64,000 nucleotides of DNA from Octopus vulgaris (Eukaryota). Below are positions 1-12,894 of the stretch, piece after piece. The stretch's first letter is position 1. Every line of letters begins with the position of its first letter. The notes beneath the pieces were generated by a model, which saw only the letters and a program-made list of their open reading frames with translations, was not told where the DNA came from and did no database searches. Both the position numbers and the translations under genes were made by a program. The DNA is taken from assembly GCA_951406725.2 (NCBI GenBank), contig OX597816.1:176948001-177012000 (forward strand). The letters are read 5' to 3'.

Positions 1-218
1 TCTATAAATGAGATAAATTTTCAGTATGAGGCTATAATGATTAATTGTGTCATCACATTGAGGTTTCTGCTTTTTACATACTTTTTGTCAGCTAATGGCA
101 AAACCAACCTATCCTATTTAGTTAGAGAATATGTCAAGCAGAAAAGGTATTAAGAGTAAGTATTTTGATATACTGATGTACCAAATTCTACTTGTAGTCT
201 GATTATTATTACTGAAAA

Positions 219-225
<7 letters not shown>

Positions 226-274
<49 letters not shown>
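226..274. repeat. (AG)n microsatellite
   Basis: Pure GA dinucleotide run of about 48 bp. Confidence 0.95.
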
Positions 275-275
<1 letters not shown>

Positions 276-1619
276 AATAAATGTAGATGGAAAGGGAATT
301 TGAAAAAAATGAATTAAAAAATTTTTTTCATATGAAGGAAAAAAAAAAAAAAAATGTTATTGTTTAATACACTTTTCACAGGAAAAGGAAATTATTTTGA
401 AATAATGAAATTTTTTTTTTTCTGTAAAGTGTTTCAGCTGCTTTAGAAATCAGAGCTTGAATTCATTCCATTAATGAAATATATTCCCCTATTCGCTTCC
501 TAGGCTGATGATTAGTAAATATTTACATCACAGCCATCGTTTTGATTTCTCTGGAGTCACCATTACTGAGTTCCTGTCTTTTAATTTGAATAAGATTCAA
601 AACAAGTTACAGCCAGCCAAGGGAGAATACTCTGCCTGACAATTTTACTCGTTTGTCACAACTAGAAATAAAATGCATCTCCTGTCAAAATATTTGATTC
701 AATATGTAAATTTCTAATTTGTCTTTTAAAAAAAGAAGAAAATTCCATTCTAACCCACATAGTTAAATGGATTATAAAAAAATAAGTATTATATGTATTT
801 TGAACTTTTCATTAGTTTCTGCTAATAATTTCTGATGCAATACCCCCAATAATATTCTTACCTTATCTACTTAATTCTTACTATTCTATGTTTGATGTTG
901 TTGTTGTTATCTCCAGCTGTATTGCTATGATAGCAAACAACTTTAAAAAAGCTGTTCTGCTGTATCAAACACAAGATACCATAACTTCTTGATCTTCTGC
1001 TAAATAATAAAAACAACGAATGCATTCCAAGAAGTTTCTCTTGCTCTCAAGAGAGTAAACATTCTAAAAGCATTTAGTCGCCGATATCATAGCTTCTGAA
1101 AACAAAGATTGACATCTATTAATTATATATCTTTCAGGCGTATCTGCTGTGTCGGAGCTTTAGAACGCTTCAATACACTTTCCAGCGCCAACCAACCAGC
1201 CAACCAACCAAACCACCCACCCACCCACCCAACCAACTAACACAGTGTGAGATTCAACCAACAGTGTTTACTATGACACCAATTCCAAGGATGTTATCTG
1301 CCCAACCATTAAGAACAGTCTCTATATTTTGAAGTTTGTCTTCCTTGTAACTGACTGAACTCTATAATCCCATTCTAACATGCAGCATCAATCGTAGTTG
1401 TTGTTGTTGTTGTTTTGGAATATCTATTTCCCTAACCCACATTCATTTTTGCATCAACAACAATTCTTGCATGTTTTTCTGGCCTAAATTTTATTTTTAT
1501 TTTTATTTTTTTTCACTGAGGAGAAAGGAGAAAGTTTTGCCCCACAAAAACATTTTCCTGTTTATTTTTGCAGAATCACATTTAACAATATCCAAAAAAA
1601 TACCAATGTAATAATGATT

Positions 1620-2075
1620 GAAAATTTTGGCACAAGGCCAGCAATTCCAAGAGTACATCAACCCCACTGCTCAGCTGGTACTTATTTAACTGGCCCTGAA
1701 AGGATGAAAGGCAAAGTCAACCTCAGCAGAATTTGAGTGTAAATATGGACAGAAAGCTGCTAAGCATTTTTTTGCCACCTCACCAACTTAAAACTATGTA
1801 ATAATAATAATAATAATAATAATATTGATCCTTTCTATTATAGGAACAAGGCCTGAAAATTGTTGGGAGGGGACTAGTTGACTACATTGACCCTAGTGTT
1901 TCACTGGTACTTGGTTTATTGACCCGGAAAAGAATGAAAAGCAAAGTCGACCTCAGTGAAATTTGAACTCAGAATGTAAAGATAGATGAAATGCTGCTAA
2001 GCATTTTGCCTGGTGTGCTAACGAGTCTGCCAGCTCAACACCTTAAACCTATGACGTCATCGGCGTCAGTGTTGG

Positions 2076-2126
<51 letters not shown>

Positions 2127-2322
2127 AATAATCAGTTTCTACAAGGCCTGAAATTTGGTGGGGAATGGTTAATCGATTACATTGACTCCCAGTGCTCATC
2201 CTACTTATTCTATTTATCCCGAAAGGATGCAAGGCGAAGCTGACCTTGGCAGAATTTGAACTCAGAATGTAAAGAATCAGAAGAAATACAGCAAAGCATT
2301 TTCTCTGGTGCTCTAACGACTT
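1620..2322 (-). mobile_element. Three tandem copies of tRNA-headed SINE family D (about 1620-1775, 1830-2035, 2135-2322), separated by (TAA)n and (CAT)n
   Basis: Each is the reverse complement of GAGTTCAAATT..GAGGTCGACTTTGCCTTTCATCCTTTC..AATAAGTACCAG..CTGGGGTCAATGTA..GGCCTTGTG; same family on + at 28330, 57805 and 58017. Confidence 0.8.
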
Positions 2323-2508
2323 TGTCTTGATGAAGATGATAGTAACTGAACATTGAAAACTCTTCATGCTGCCTTTTCATTAGAAAAAGTACTCACAAGA
2401 TATGTACACAAGAACAACATCAGTAGAAACCAGTCAAATGTTACAGGATACAATTTGACCACTAAGGAGAAAGAGAAGAGGCTTGAAGTTTCTCATTTAA
2501 GACTTCTA

Positions 2509-2902
2509 AATAATAATAATGAAATTATTGTATACAGTGCTCAGGTGCACCACAACTTATCAGAAAGTGCGTATAAAGCATATGCAGTAATGTAAAAATA
2601 TCTGGAAAGCGAACAATGTATGAGTCAGATACATGCTTGTGTGTGTGTATGGAGGGGAGAAAATCAGGTGTAGTGTTGGCGAATCTCAGGAAGCATGGAA
2701 GTTTTGAAAGATGCAGTGCTCCGACAACTAACAACTGATGTCGGCAGTTTGTTCCATGCTTCAGCAACTCTCAGCGTGAAAAATGTTTCCTGAAGTCATG
2801 GGAGCTGTGCTGTTTTCTGACTTTGTAAATATGTCCATGGGTGTTAGATGGGTGGAGTTTGAAAAGGTGCTCAGAGTTATTGTTTGTACGATGGTTGATA
2901 AT
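2509..2902 (-). mobile_element. CR1-clade LINE 3' fragment (ORF2 C-terminus, 3' UTR, (TTA)n tail)
   Basis: Minus-strand translation gives LFKLHPSNTHGHIYKVRKQ..RKHF/RVAEAWNKLPTSVVSCRSTASFK, matching the CR1 end motif TRGH..K..RV..WN.LP..VV..FK; ends in an ATT repeat. Confidence 0.8.
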
Positions 2903-3176
2903 AAATATATGACTATGATGATAATGGTGGTGATGGTAGTTGTGATAATAATGATGATGATAGGGAAAATGGAGAGGTTGACAATGTGAATGAGGAGGAG
3001 AATTAAAGAACAGTTAGGAGGGGAGGCAGAAGAAGAAGAAGAATATCTAATGAAAAAAATCTAAACAGAGCTAATATTGCCAAAAAGAAATTGGTATACG
3101 GAAATGTCAGATAGATGCATGCATTAAAAAATCACAGAGCTGTTATGACTGAAATAAGTTGTAACAGTTTGGAGTG

Positions 3177-3227
<51 letters not shown>

Positions 3228-3229
3228 TG

Positions 3230-3370
3230 AGTGTGTGGTACACTGTTTGCTTCCCAGCTGCATAGTTTTGAGTTCAGTCACACTGGGTGGTACTTGGGCC
3301 AATGTCTTCTACAATAGCCCCAGTTTGACCAAAATTTGTGAGTGGGTTTGATAGGAATCCATTGTGTGTA
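3230..3370 (+). mobile_element. Degraded SINE family A head
   Basis: GAGTTCAGTCACACTG..CTTGGGCCAATGTCTTCTAC..TTGTGAGTGG resembles the intact copies. Confidence 0.6.
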
Positions 3371-3470
3371 TGCTTGCACATGAGTGTATGTGTGTATATA
3401 TATATATATGTGTGTGTGTGTATAAATATATATATATGTGTATATATGTACACATATATATACATATGTG

Positions 3471-4771
3471 CAGGGCCGGCCCTAGGCGAATCAAATTTTA
3501 CTCCTACCCCCCACTTGCAGTGTGTGTGTGTGCGTGTGTGTGTGTGTGGGGGGGGTGGCAGCCCAACAAGCTGGGGATTTCCCCAAGAAAGATTTTAGAA
3601 ATATGAATAAACATAGGAGCAATTTGAAGTCACTTGTAAAGGAAAATTTTAAAATTCATTTCTTAAAAATTAATGAAAAAATATATAACTAATAAACATG
3701 ATATACTGAAAATTTAATATTTTACTAATTGGCTACGAGCAAATATGGTAAACAAACAGTAGTTCACCAAGCCCTTGTTTGAATCCTTCTTTGGTTTGAT
3801 TTCACTTTGTTATTGATTGTTGAAATATTGAAATACTGTTGTTTTTTTCATCTTGGTACTTGAAAGCTAATTTTGCGAGCTTTCTGTCTTGCAAAATCTT
3901 TTACAAGCTCTTGGAGTGGAAGTTTTCTACAAATTCCATGTTCTATGGAAAGCATAGCTAGTCCAGTGAGCCCCTCTCGGGCCATTGAAGTTCTTAGAAA
4001 TGCCTTTATTAATTTAAGTTTTGAAAAGCTACGCTCTCCACTTGTGACACTTATTGGTAGAGTTAGCAGGTTTCTGAGAGAGATGTACAAATTTGGAAAG
4101 CTTTCTCTTTGTTGCTGCTCACAAAGAAGTTCAAGCACTTTCAGAGGACCCAGAGGATTTTTCAAGTCTTCTTGATATGACATTTAGTTCATTAGCCAAA
4201 TCTTTAGTATCAACACCCTTTGACTCTTCAACCTGTTGGGCAGACTCAAATTTTATGTAAAATTCCATTACTTGATGAGAAGTTTTACATTGCAAAGATT
4301 TTATATCCCAGAGAAAGCCAAAGATGGAATTTCTATGTTTCAGTTGTTCAAAGCATTTTGAAACTGAATTAATTGACGTATCCAGTTTTGCAACATAAAA
4401 CATTCATTTTGTTTACTATCCTGGAGAGGTTCATTTTCTCCTTCATATCAGAATTGTTGTTTCTTTCTTTTAATGCACACTGGCTTTACTTCAAATTCTG
4501 CACACATACCAAAGCCTTAGAGGGAACATAGGATTTCAGAAGTCTAAGTGTTACTGAAATCTTTATCAAACTTTACCTACTAATTGCTGATGATTTGATT
4601 AGTGAATTTTTTTTATTAAAATGACAAAATCATCACTTTATAATTATAAATTTCTTAAACTCTCTCTCTCTCCTAAGTCAGTACCTCCCAAGACATCCCC
4701 AGAGTTTGTCGCCCCCTAGATGCTGCGCCCTAGGTGGTCGCCTAATTTGCCTAGTGGTAGATCCAGCCCTG
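3471..4771 (-). mobile_element. Internally deleted hAT DNA transposon (about 1.3 kb)
   Basis: Termini CAGGGCCGG / CCAGCCCTG; 8-bp flanks CATATGTG and CATACACG (a CpG-decayed TSD); contains a transposase remnant. Confidence 0.85.
3848..4403 (-). pseudogene. hAT transposase C-terminal fragment (hAT dimerization domain, ZMYM1-like type), frameshifted
   Basis: FPNLYISLRNLLTLPISVTSGERSFSKLKLIK..LRTSM..GLAMLSIE; upstream ORF 4131-4403 is in another frame. Confidence 0.9.
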
Positions 4772-4854
4772 CATACACGTGTGTGAGTGTGTGTGTGTGT
4801 GTGTATACACCCACGCAACCCCCCCCCCCTACACATATGCATGTACATGACATG

Positions 4855-4985
4855 CTTCTTTTGGTTTCCATCTATGAAATCCACTCACAAGGCTTTGAAC
4901 TTAGCTGTTGTAGGGGACAATGGCCCAAGGTGCCACCTAGTGAGACTGAATTCAAAACAATGCAGTTGGATTGCTTCCCAACCCA
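4855..4985 (-). mobile_element. Degraded SINE family A head
   Basis: TTTCCATCTA..AAATCCACTCACAAGGCTTTG..CCCAAGGTGCCAC is the reverse complement of the family A head. Confidence 0.65.
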
Positions 4986-5064
4986 GCTGCATGGCACCTT
5001 GCGAAAGTGTCTTCTATTATAGCCTTCTTTTATTTTTCAAAATTAAGATAAACCAAATTCTTTT

Positions 5065-5640
5065 TTAATCTAAAATATACTCTCCTTCATTTCCTACAAT
5101 GCTCTTCCACCTATCTGGTAGACTTGTAAGGCCCCTCTTCCAAAATTCACTTGTTTGTGAGGAAAAATATTCCTCCAGTACTGTTCTGACCTCGTCTAGG
5201 GAATTCACACTTTTACCATCCAAATTATTTTGAAGGATGTGGAATAAATGATAATCAGATGGGGCAATGTCTGGTGAATATGGTGGGTGGGGCATTGTTT
5301 CTTATTGAAACTGCTCCAGCCTTTGGAATGTCGTCCTCGCTGTATGTGGCTGAGCATAATCCTGATGGAAGAACACCTTTCGTCTTGAAACCAAAGATGG
5401 TTGTTTTTCTTCTAGTGCTGACTTAATCCACTCAGTCTGCTCACAGTAGATCTCCTTTGTTATTGTTTGGTTTGGGTTTAAAAGTTCAAAGTGCACTAAA
5501 CCTTTCCTATCCCACCAAACAGATAACAACACCTTATGTGGATGAAGACCTTCTTTAGCCTGGAGTGCTGCTGTTTCTCCTTTCTCTACCGTCTGTCATC
5601 AGAGCACACATTCACTCTCTGCATGTGATTAGACTCTGAA
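5065..5640 (-). pseudogene. Mariner transposase fragment (DD34D catalytic half), internally deleted
   Basis: LLSVWWDRKGLVHFELL..HQDYAQPH..PHPPYSPDIAPSDYHLF..FWKRGLTSLPDRW..GEYI; in-frame stop at 5302-5304. Confidence 0.92.
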
Positions 5641-6306
5641 AATTTAGGAAGAACACACTGAACCAATTTGCTGATCCATGGCACTTAAGCATTCAAGTGC
5701 ACATGTAACATCAAGTGCCGAGTTCCAAATAACTGCAATGATGAAATGTTGGTAGCAACTATATATTTTATACTGGTGTGTATCTTAATTTTCAACTATA
5801 TAATCTCTGTATATCATAACTAGTAACACTAGTAAGTTCTGTGGTTGAATTACCACTATAAGAAGCTGACTGGATAATGATAGTCTGTGTGGAGCTGTAA
5901 CTCATACAGTAGTAGTCATACATTTGTCTGTACATACAAGATATCATCACCATTTAACGTCTGCTTTCCATGGGTTGGATGGTTCAACAGGGGCTGGTTA
6001 GCCAGAGAACTCCACAAGGGTCCATTTGTTTGCTCTGGCATGGTTTCTACATCTAGATACCCTTCCTAATGCCAATTACCTTACAAAGTGGTTTGACATT
6101 AGGAAGGGCTTAGGCAAACACTTATATGTGAGTGGATTTATGTTTGTGCCTTTTTACCTAAACATTTGTTGATCTGGAGTCGACATTTATCAGGACACAC
6201 AAAACAGATGCACATATTTAATTCACATGTGAATGTGTGTGCGACTGTACGTGTGTGTGTGACTGTACGTGTGTGTGTGTAAACCTTATATCTAATTATA
6301 TACATT

Positions 6307-6502
6307 ACTCTTTTACTCTTTTACTTGTTTAAGTCATTTGACTGCGGTCATGCTGGAGCACCGCCTTTAGTCGAGCAACTCAACCCCGGGACTTATTCTT
6401 TGTAAGCCCAGTACTTATTCTATCGGTCTCTTTTGCCGAACCGCTAAGTAACGGGGACATAAACACACCAGCATCGGTTGTCAAGCAATGCTAGGGGGAC
6501 AA

Positions 6503-6533
<31 letters not shown>

Positions 6534-6700
6534 CATATATACGACGGGCTTCTTTCAGTTTCCGTCTACCAAATCCACTCACAAGGCTTTGGTCGGCCCG
6601 AGGCTATAGTAGAAGACACTTACCCAAGATGCCATGCAGTGGGACTGAACCCGGAACCATGTGGTTGGTAAACAAGCTACTTACCACACAGCCACTGCTG
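6307..6700 (-). mobile_element. SINE family A, full length
   Basis: Head with A box TGGCTGTGTGG and B box GGTTCAGTCCC, CCTTGGGCAAGTGTC CORE-like segment, internal (TA)n(TG)n and (GAGTAAAA)n tail; possible TSD ATACATTA. Confidence 0.9.
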
Positions 6701-7121
6701 CATGAAATACATTAGCATCTGAACATAATATACCTGTTTAATATTTCATTCTATTGATCGATACATGATGTACATAAAATATTCAGTTAAAAATATAATA
6801 ATCTTCTGGTTACATCTTTTCTAAGAGAGAAAGTAAGGAAAGACACAAAAATACATGACAGACTTTAATGGCATTAGACATAACACACAAAAATAAAACA
6901 CTTTCAGTGCTTTGTTTTCTTTTTTTGTGTGTGTGTGTGTGTATTTGAATATCTTGATTTTGTTTTTCTAAACACATACTGTTGGAGAGAAAACTGCAAG
7001 TATTGGTTAAACATTATACTGTGTTTGATTTACATCAATTTAAGACTATTATAAATAAATTTGAAACTGCAAAGAAAATAAAAAGCACATTATAAATTGT
7101 ATAAACCTTACTGTTTAACTG

Positions 7122-7173
<52 letters not shown>

Positions 7174-7901
7174 ATGGGGTGCGGGTAGGGGAAAATAGTG
7201 ATAGAAACAAGTACCAAATGATTTGGAAGAAAATCAGAGCAATTTAATATTAAAGAGATAGAACTTGATAATTTATAAAGCATTTTCCAGATCTTATAAA
7301 AGAAACAGAAAGCTTGAAGAGATAGATGCCAGCTGTATTAGTGTTATGGTTTGAGAGCAGGGCATAGATGGATTCAGCGAAGTATATACAAAAGTGGAAT
7401 AGAAGAACTATAAACTACTGGTGGTGAAAATGGATAATATTTTAACAATGCTATATCAGTTGCTAGGAGGGTGCAGAAGAAAAGAGTGGCAAGTCAACAG
7501 CTGTGAAGTATAAAAGAAGACCAAGTCAGTTGCCAATGCACTATACAGTTATGCTACACTCTGTACATAATACCATTTCATAAAGGATGCACCAAGTATT
7601 GGCACCAATTTTCTAAACTTTCAAACAAGACAAACAAGCATATTATGGGTATAAGAAGGATTTTAATTTCCTTTTTTTTTATAGTATTATTTCTAATTAA
7701 GAGCAATTTTATACCAAGGATTCACAGGTTTCTTGCAACCAACCAATTTGTTTTAATTATAATACACCACAAACATTATTGCTTGATACATATGTGTGTC
7801 ATCATCATCATTGTTTAACATCTGCTTTCCATGCTGGCATGGGTGAGACTGCTGGCACATACATACATACATACATACGTACATATATATGTACATATAT
7901 A

Positions 7902-9113
7902 TTGAGTTGTCCGGAAAGTTCGTGCTGATTTTTAAAGAAAAGAAAAAGGTCAATAAATACTTGCCATTACATTTCTAATCAACCAAATATGAACCATTTT
8001 GTTGCACAATCCGTCTCCATCTTTCCTTTAACTTGAAATTACCCTCTTCCCAGAATTGAGGTGGTTTCATGGCAAAGAATTCAACAAGGTATCTTTTTAC
8101 ATCATCCAAGGAATTGAAATTTTTACCATGAAGACTATTCTGCAGAGACCTGAATAAGTGGAAATCCGAAGGAGCAATATCTGGTGAATATGGAGGGTGG
8201 GGAAACACATCCCAGCTGAGCTGCAGCAATTTTTGTCTGGTTCCCAAAGAAACGTGCGGTCTTGCAATATCATGTTGGGAAACAACACTCTTCCTGTTGG
8301 CCAATTCTGGACATTTCTCTTGAATTGCTGCTTTTAACTTGTCCAGTTGTGTGCAGTATTTCTCAGAATTAATTGTCTGGTTACTTGGGAGAAGTACAGA
8401 ATTCCTTTCCAATCCCACCAGACACAAAGCAAGATTTTTAAGGTTGAAACCCACTTTTGAGGTGGCTCATGTCGCTTACTCCAGGATCGCTTTCTCTGAA
8501 CATTTTGGTAGATAATCCATTTCTCATCACCTGTCACAATTTGCTTTAAAAAAGGCGCATTTTCATTCCGTTTATAAAGCGAATCACAAATAGAAATGCC
8601 ATCCAAAAGGTTCTTCTCACTCAACTCATGTGGTACCCAAACATCGTAGCCATTTGTGTACCCAAGCTTTACGAGGTGCTCATGAACGACGGATTTTGAT
8701 AGGTTGAGGCTTTCTGCCAATTCTCGGGTTGTGCAATGTGGGTTATTCTCAATAAATGACTTGATTTGGTCATCCTCTGTAGTGGATGGTCTGCCTGATC
8801 GCTCTTTATCAATAAGGCTACAATCTCCAGCTCGGAACCTTGTGAACCACTTCCGTTACTGTATATATTTCTTTGGTTGCTTGTGAGGCATTTTTCCCTT
8901 TACAGAAAAAGAAAAGCATCAAGTGCCGAAAATGAACTTTCTTATCTTCCATTTTAAAGGGTTACAGAATTAACACAGGTTATAGGAACATAAACCTTCT
9001 TAAACTGTATTCTAAATGGAGGTGTAGTCAAATCCTATTTTATGGACTCAACCATGTTCTAAAATAAGTCGAAAGGTAAGCTACAATAAATCGGCATGAA
9101 CTTTCCGGACAAC

Positions 9114-9117
<4 letters not shown>
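7902..9117 (-). mobile_element. Near full-length mariner transposon (1216 bp)
   Basis: 30-bp TIRs TTGAGTTGTCCGGAAAGTTCGTGCTGATTT and TTGGGTTGTCCGGAAAGTTCATGCCGATTT (3 mismatches), each flanked by TA. Confidence 0.95.
7975..8952 (-). pseudogene. Mariner transposase pseudogene (mellifera-subfamily-like), several frameshifting deletions
   Basis: MEDKKVHFRHLMLFFF.KGKNASQA..RSGRP..WVPHEL..IVTGDEKW..RKRSWSK..LCVWWDWKG..HPPYSPDIAPSDFHLFRSLQN. Confidence 0.95.
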
Positions 9118-9172
<55 letters not shown>

Positions 9173-9183
9173 GTGTGTGTGTG

Positions 9184-9225
<42 letters not shown>

Positions 9226-10496
9226 AACAATGAGAATGAGTGCTCAACACTACATTAGTGGACAAAGATTCTTTATTTGTGTATTAAGGCTACCATTGGT
9301 TTCATGTTAAGAAACCAATGGGAATACAATAGGCCATAGAAACTGGAAAACTGACCCCATCAGTGTATATGAGTTGAGAAGGAGCTTTATCTATGTTACA
9401 GTTAAATGTTTGTATCTTTAAACATTTTGATACTTATTCCATCAAAAATTAACACATACACATTAAAATGGTCACAACTATAAGATTAATGAGAATTTGG
9501 GATCAGTAACCAATTGAAAGGTAATTCATGTAAAATTACAGCAACCAAATCAACTGGTAGTTTGCACAGAATTATTGTTTACTAACCATTAAAACTGTTA
9601 CCACATTACTAAGCATTAGCTGTAAGACCATGATAGTCCAAATAAGTTGGTAAAATAATAAACTGTCAAATCTAAAGTAGTTAATTTCTGGAAAAAAAAT
9701 AAGGGAGAATTTAAGAAATTTTACCATAAATCCTTAGATTAGTCTTGAATAGTCTGAAGATTTGGTTTTTAATTTTTTTGAGGAATGAGAGCATAGTACC
9801 AATTTGACTTAATTTACAAAATTTTAATGAATGTCAACTGTTATTAACTCTACAGGAAAAAAAAAAAGCCAGATGGCTTGAATTGGAATATCAAATAAAA
9901 TTCTTTGCAACTTTTTATCAATTACTAACATATTTCTAATAGCCCAGCAGTTGTAATAAGGAAATAATAAATGGCTAGGCATTAAATAGATCTAAGGATT
10001 TTAAAATTTGATTGTTGAATAATATTTGGCAACAAAATATGATAGATGACCATAGAATATTCTAGATAGGTGCATAAGTGATAGACGGGAAAAGACAAGC
10101 AGAAAATAGAGAAAGAATGTGTTTCATGCTTAAAAATTAAAAAGTACATACCTCTTACACCTTGAACTGTGTCCTCAAGCATAGTTTCACAGCGTTGCCC
10201 AGTGTAGTCTATGTGGCACCTAAGAATTGGTAATTAGCAGACGGCATTTGATTAACACAGTGTAAATTTAAACTGGAAACATGCAACAGCCAGGAGGGAT
10301 GAAAATATCTGTTTAGAATAAAATCACTTAACAAGTGTTGGCAGCACTAAAGACTTTGTAGCAATAGTCTTTGATGTTGTTTTCAGAAATAGTTTAACCC
10401 TTTTGATGCCAACTTGTCCAAGACTGTCCACAATTCTTTGATACAAAATTTTTAAATAAAGTAATCTAAATTAAAATTTCTCATCAAAATTTCATG

Positions 10497-10896
10497 CGCA
10501 GGAGTGGCTGTGTGGTAAGTAGCTTGTTAACCAACCACATGGTTCCGGGTTCAGTCCCACTGCATGGCACCTTGGGCAAATGTCTTCTGCTATAGCCCCG
10601 GGCCGACCAATACCTTGTGAGTGGATTTGGTAGGTGGAAACTGAAAGAAACCCGTCGTATATATGTATATATATATATGTGTGTGTTTGTGTGTCTGTGT
10701 TTGTCCCCCTAGCATTGCTTGACAACTGATGCTGGTGTGTTTACGTCCCCGTTACTTAGCGGTTCGGCAAAAAAGACCGATAGAATAAGTACTGGGCTTA
10801 CAAAGACTAAGTCCCGGGGTCGAGTTGCTCAATCAAAGGCGGTGCTCCAGCATGGCCGCAGTCAAATGACTGAAACAAGTAAAAGAGTAAAAGAGT
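10497..10896 (+). mobile_element. SINE family A, full length
   Basis: GCAGGAGTGGCTGTGTGGTAAG..GAAACAAGTAAAAGAGTAAAAGAG. Confidence 0.92.
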
Positions 10897-10999
10897 TAAT
10901 TTATGTTTCAATTAGCAGCTTAATAATTACTAAGATATTTTCATAAATTCTCAATTATTTTCGAAATTAATTGAAATAAAGAGGGTGGAGTTCAACAGA

Positions 11000-11609
11000 G
11001 TGAAGGTGCGTGGCTTCGTGGTTAGGGTATTTGGCTTATGATCATAAGTTCAATACCTGGTGACGCATTGTATCCTTGAGCAAGACACTTTATTTCATCT
11101 TGCTCCAGTCCACTCAGCTGGCAAAAATGAGTAGCACCTGTATTTCAAAGGGCCAGCCTTGTCACACTCTGTGCCATGCTCATCATCATCATCATTGTTC
11201 GACCGTGGTCGAGACAATGGAATTTACCATGCTACGCCAGACTTCACGGTCAATCATGGCATTACGGAGGTCCTGTTGCTGGATGCCTGTATCCCTGGAG
11301 ATTACATCAGGGTAGGAGAGTGTGCACCCTCTGGTATCGCGAGTAGATGGCTTCCAGAGGAGAAGAGTAGAAATTACCTCTTTTTCAGCTCTACAACAAT
11401 GTCCAGCAAACTGGACTCTCCTACCTTTCACAAGAGATGACACAGGTGGTATTTTCCTATATATTTGCATTTTGCTGAATCTCCCCGAGAACTACGTTAA
11501 GAGTACACAAGTCTGTGGAGTGCTCAGCCACATGCATGTTAATTTCATGAGCAGGCTGTTCCGTTGATCGGATCAACTGGAACACATGTAGTTGTAACAT
11601 GTAGTTGCT
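11000..11609 (+). mobile_element. SINE family B1 (tRNA head, CORE-like TCCTTGAGCAAGACACTT, tail B) with 11-bp TSD
   Basis: AGTTCAACAGA is repeated at 10989-10999 and 11610-11620; colinear with the uninterrupted copy at 27167-27490. Confidence 0.88.
11181..11472 (-). mobile_element. RTE-clade LINE 3' fragment inserted in SINE B1
   Basis: RRVQFAGHCCRAEKEVISTLLLWKP..YPDVISRDTG..MIDREVWR; the stop codon runs directly into a (TGA)n tail; TGCT on both sides. Confidence 0.85.
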
Positions 11610-11934
11610 AGTTCAACAGAGAACTGGTAACAAAAAGGTTAAAGGGTCGTTAAAAATTATCACAAACCCTCTACAAACATATCCTGCTTTAGATAGTGAA
11701 TACTTTAACTCTTGATAATGATGTTAAAAATAATAACAGAATTGGTTTTGACTGTTTCTTTTAATGCCATATTGGTGAAGATATAAAACAATTAAAGAGG
11801 AAATATGATAATTATCAGAGTAACCTTAAATCATTTAAATGTGCTGCTCTATTCTATTAAAAAATTTTATGGCCTCTTTACTGAATAGTGTTTTCCTTCA
11901 CAACATTGTTTACTCATACATGCATGCATACATA

Positions 11935-11970
<36 letters not shown>

Positions 11971-11974
11971 CACC

Positions 11975-12148
11975 TGTGCATGTAAAAGACACCCACTACA
12001 CTCTCAGAGTGGTTGGCATTAGGAAGGGCATCCAGCTGTAGAAACCTTGCCAAATCAGATCAGAACCTGATGCAGGTCCCTGGTTTACCAGTTTTCAGTC
12101 AAACTGTCCAACTCATGCCAGCATGGCAAACAGATGTTAAATGATGAT
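11975..12148 (+). mobile_element. RTE LINE 3' UTR fragment
   Basis: CACCCACTACACTC..GAGTGGTTGGCATTAGGAAGGGCATCCAGCTGTAGAAA..GTTAAATGATGAT matches 36640-36800. Confidence 0.8.
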
Positions 12149-12155
12149 ATATATA

Positions 12156-12217
<62 letters not shown>

Positions 12218-12894
12218 CCTTATGTATCTAAATAAATAAATAAAATGAAAATGAAATGCTATTTCAATGAATTCAGTTTGTTCCATCAGCAAGAAGATTA
12301 TACATCTAAAAAATTAATTAATAGTCAATACTGGAATTATAAATTTTTTTTTATCATTACTCAAAATATATGATTAAAAAAATTGCTTGTGATAAAGCAA
12401 TTATGAACTTAGTAGTAAAACACTTTTTCTCTTTAAATAATTATTCTTTGATTGATAATAAAAGTAGTTTTAAAAGACCCCACAAAAAGACTACGTCCAC
12501 AGATTATACAATGCAAAATTGAAATCATGAAACATGAAAATATATTTTACTTGGAAATATATATTTAGAAACATGAAGCTATTTATTTAGTTGTCATGAA
12601 TTCAGAGTAAGAACTATATAAATTCATCTAACATATTAAAATAAAAATTAAAAGTTAAAAAAAAAATTCTGATTTCTAAAGATATTAACGAAAAAGACTG
12701 GTTTCCTTTAAACTTACTGATGCTGGTCTTTATGCATAAATTGTTTATTTGTGTATATATAAAAATATATATAAAAAACAAGTCTGGTTTCAAAGAGGTT
12801 ATATATTTTATGTCACAATGCATCAGCAATGTTAGATTTCTGTTCATATCAAGTGAATGAAAATAGTATGGTTTAATATACATTAAGATCTTTA

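Larger units (their letters stand above)
10394..11642. mobile_element. piggyBac-type MITE (family P1) split by two SINEs and an RTE fragment
   Basis: TTAA-CCCTTTTGAT..GTAACAAAAAGG-TTAA; with the inserts removed it aligns to the reverse complement of the MITE at 25420-25649. Confidence 0.75.

Noticed and set aside
2035-2367. Poly-Asp ORF (also 50692-50985)
   Set aside because: (GAT)n microsatellite read through SINE or low-complexity sequence
5665-5760. Possible hammerhead (CTGATCC..GGCACTT/AAGTGCC..GAAATGTTGGTAGCAA)
   Set aside because: Core CUGANGA is not present and stem geometry does not fit
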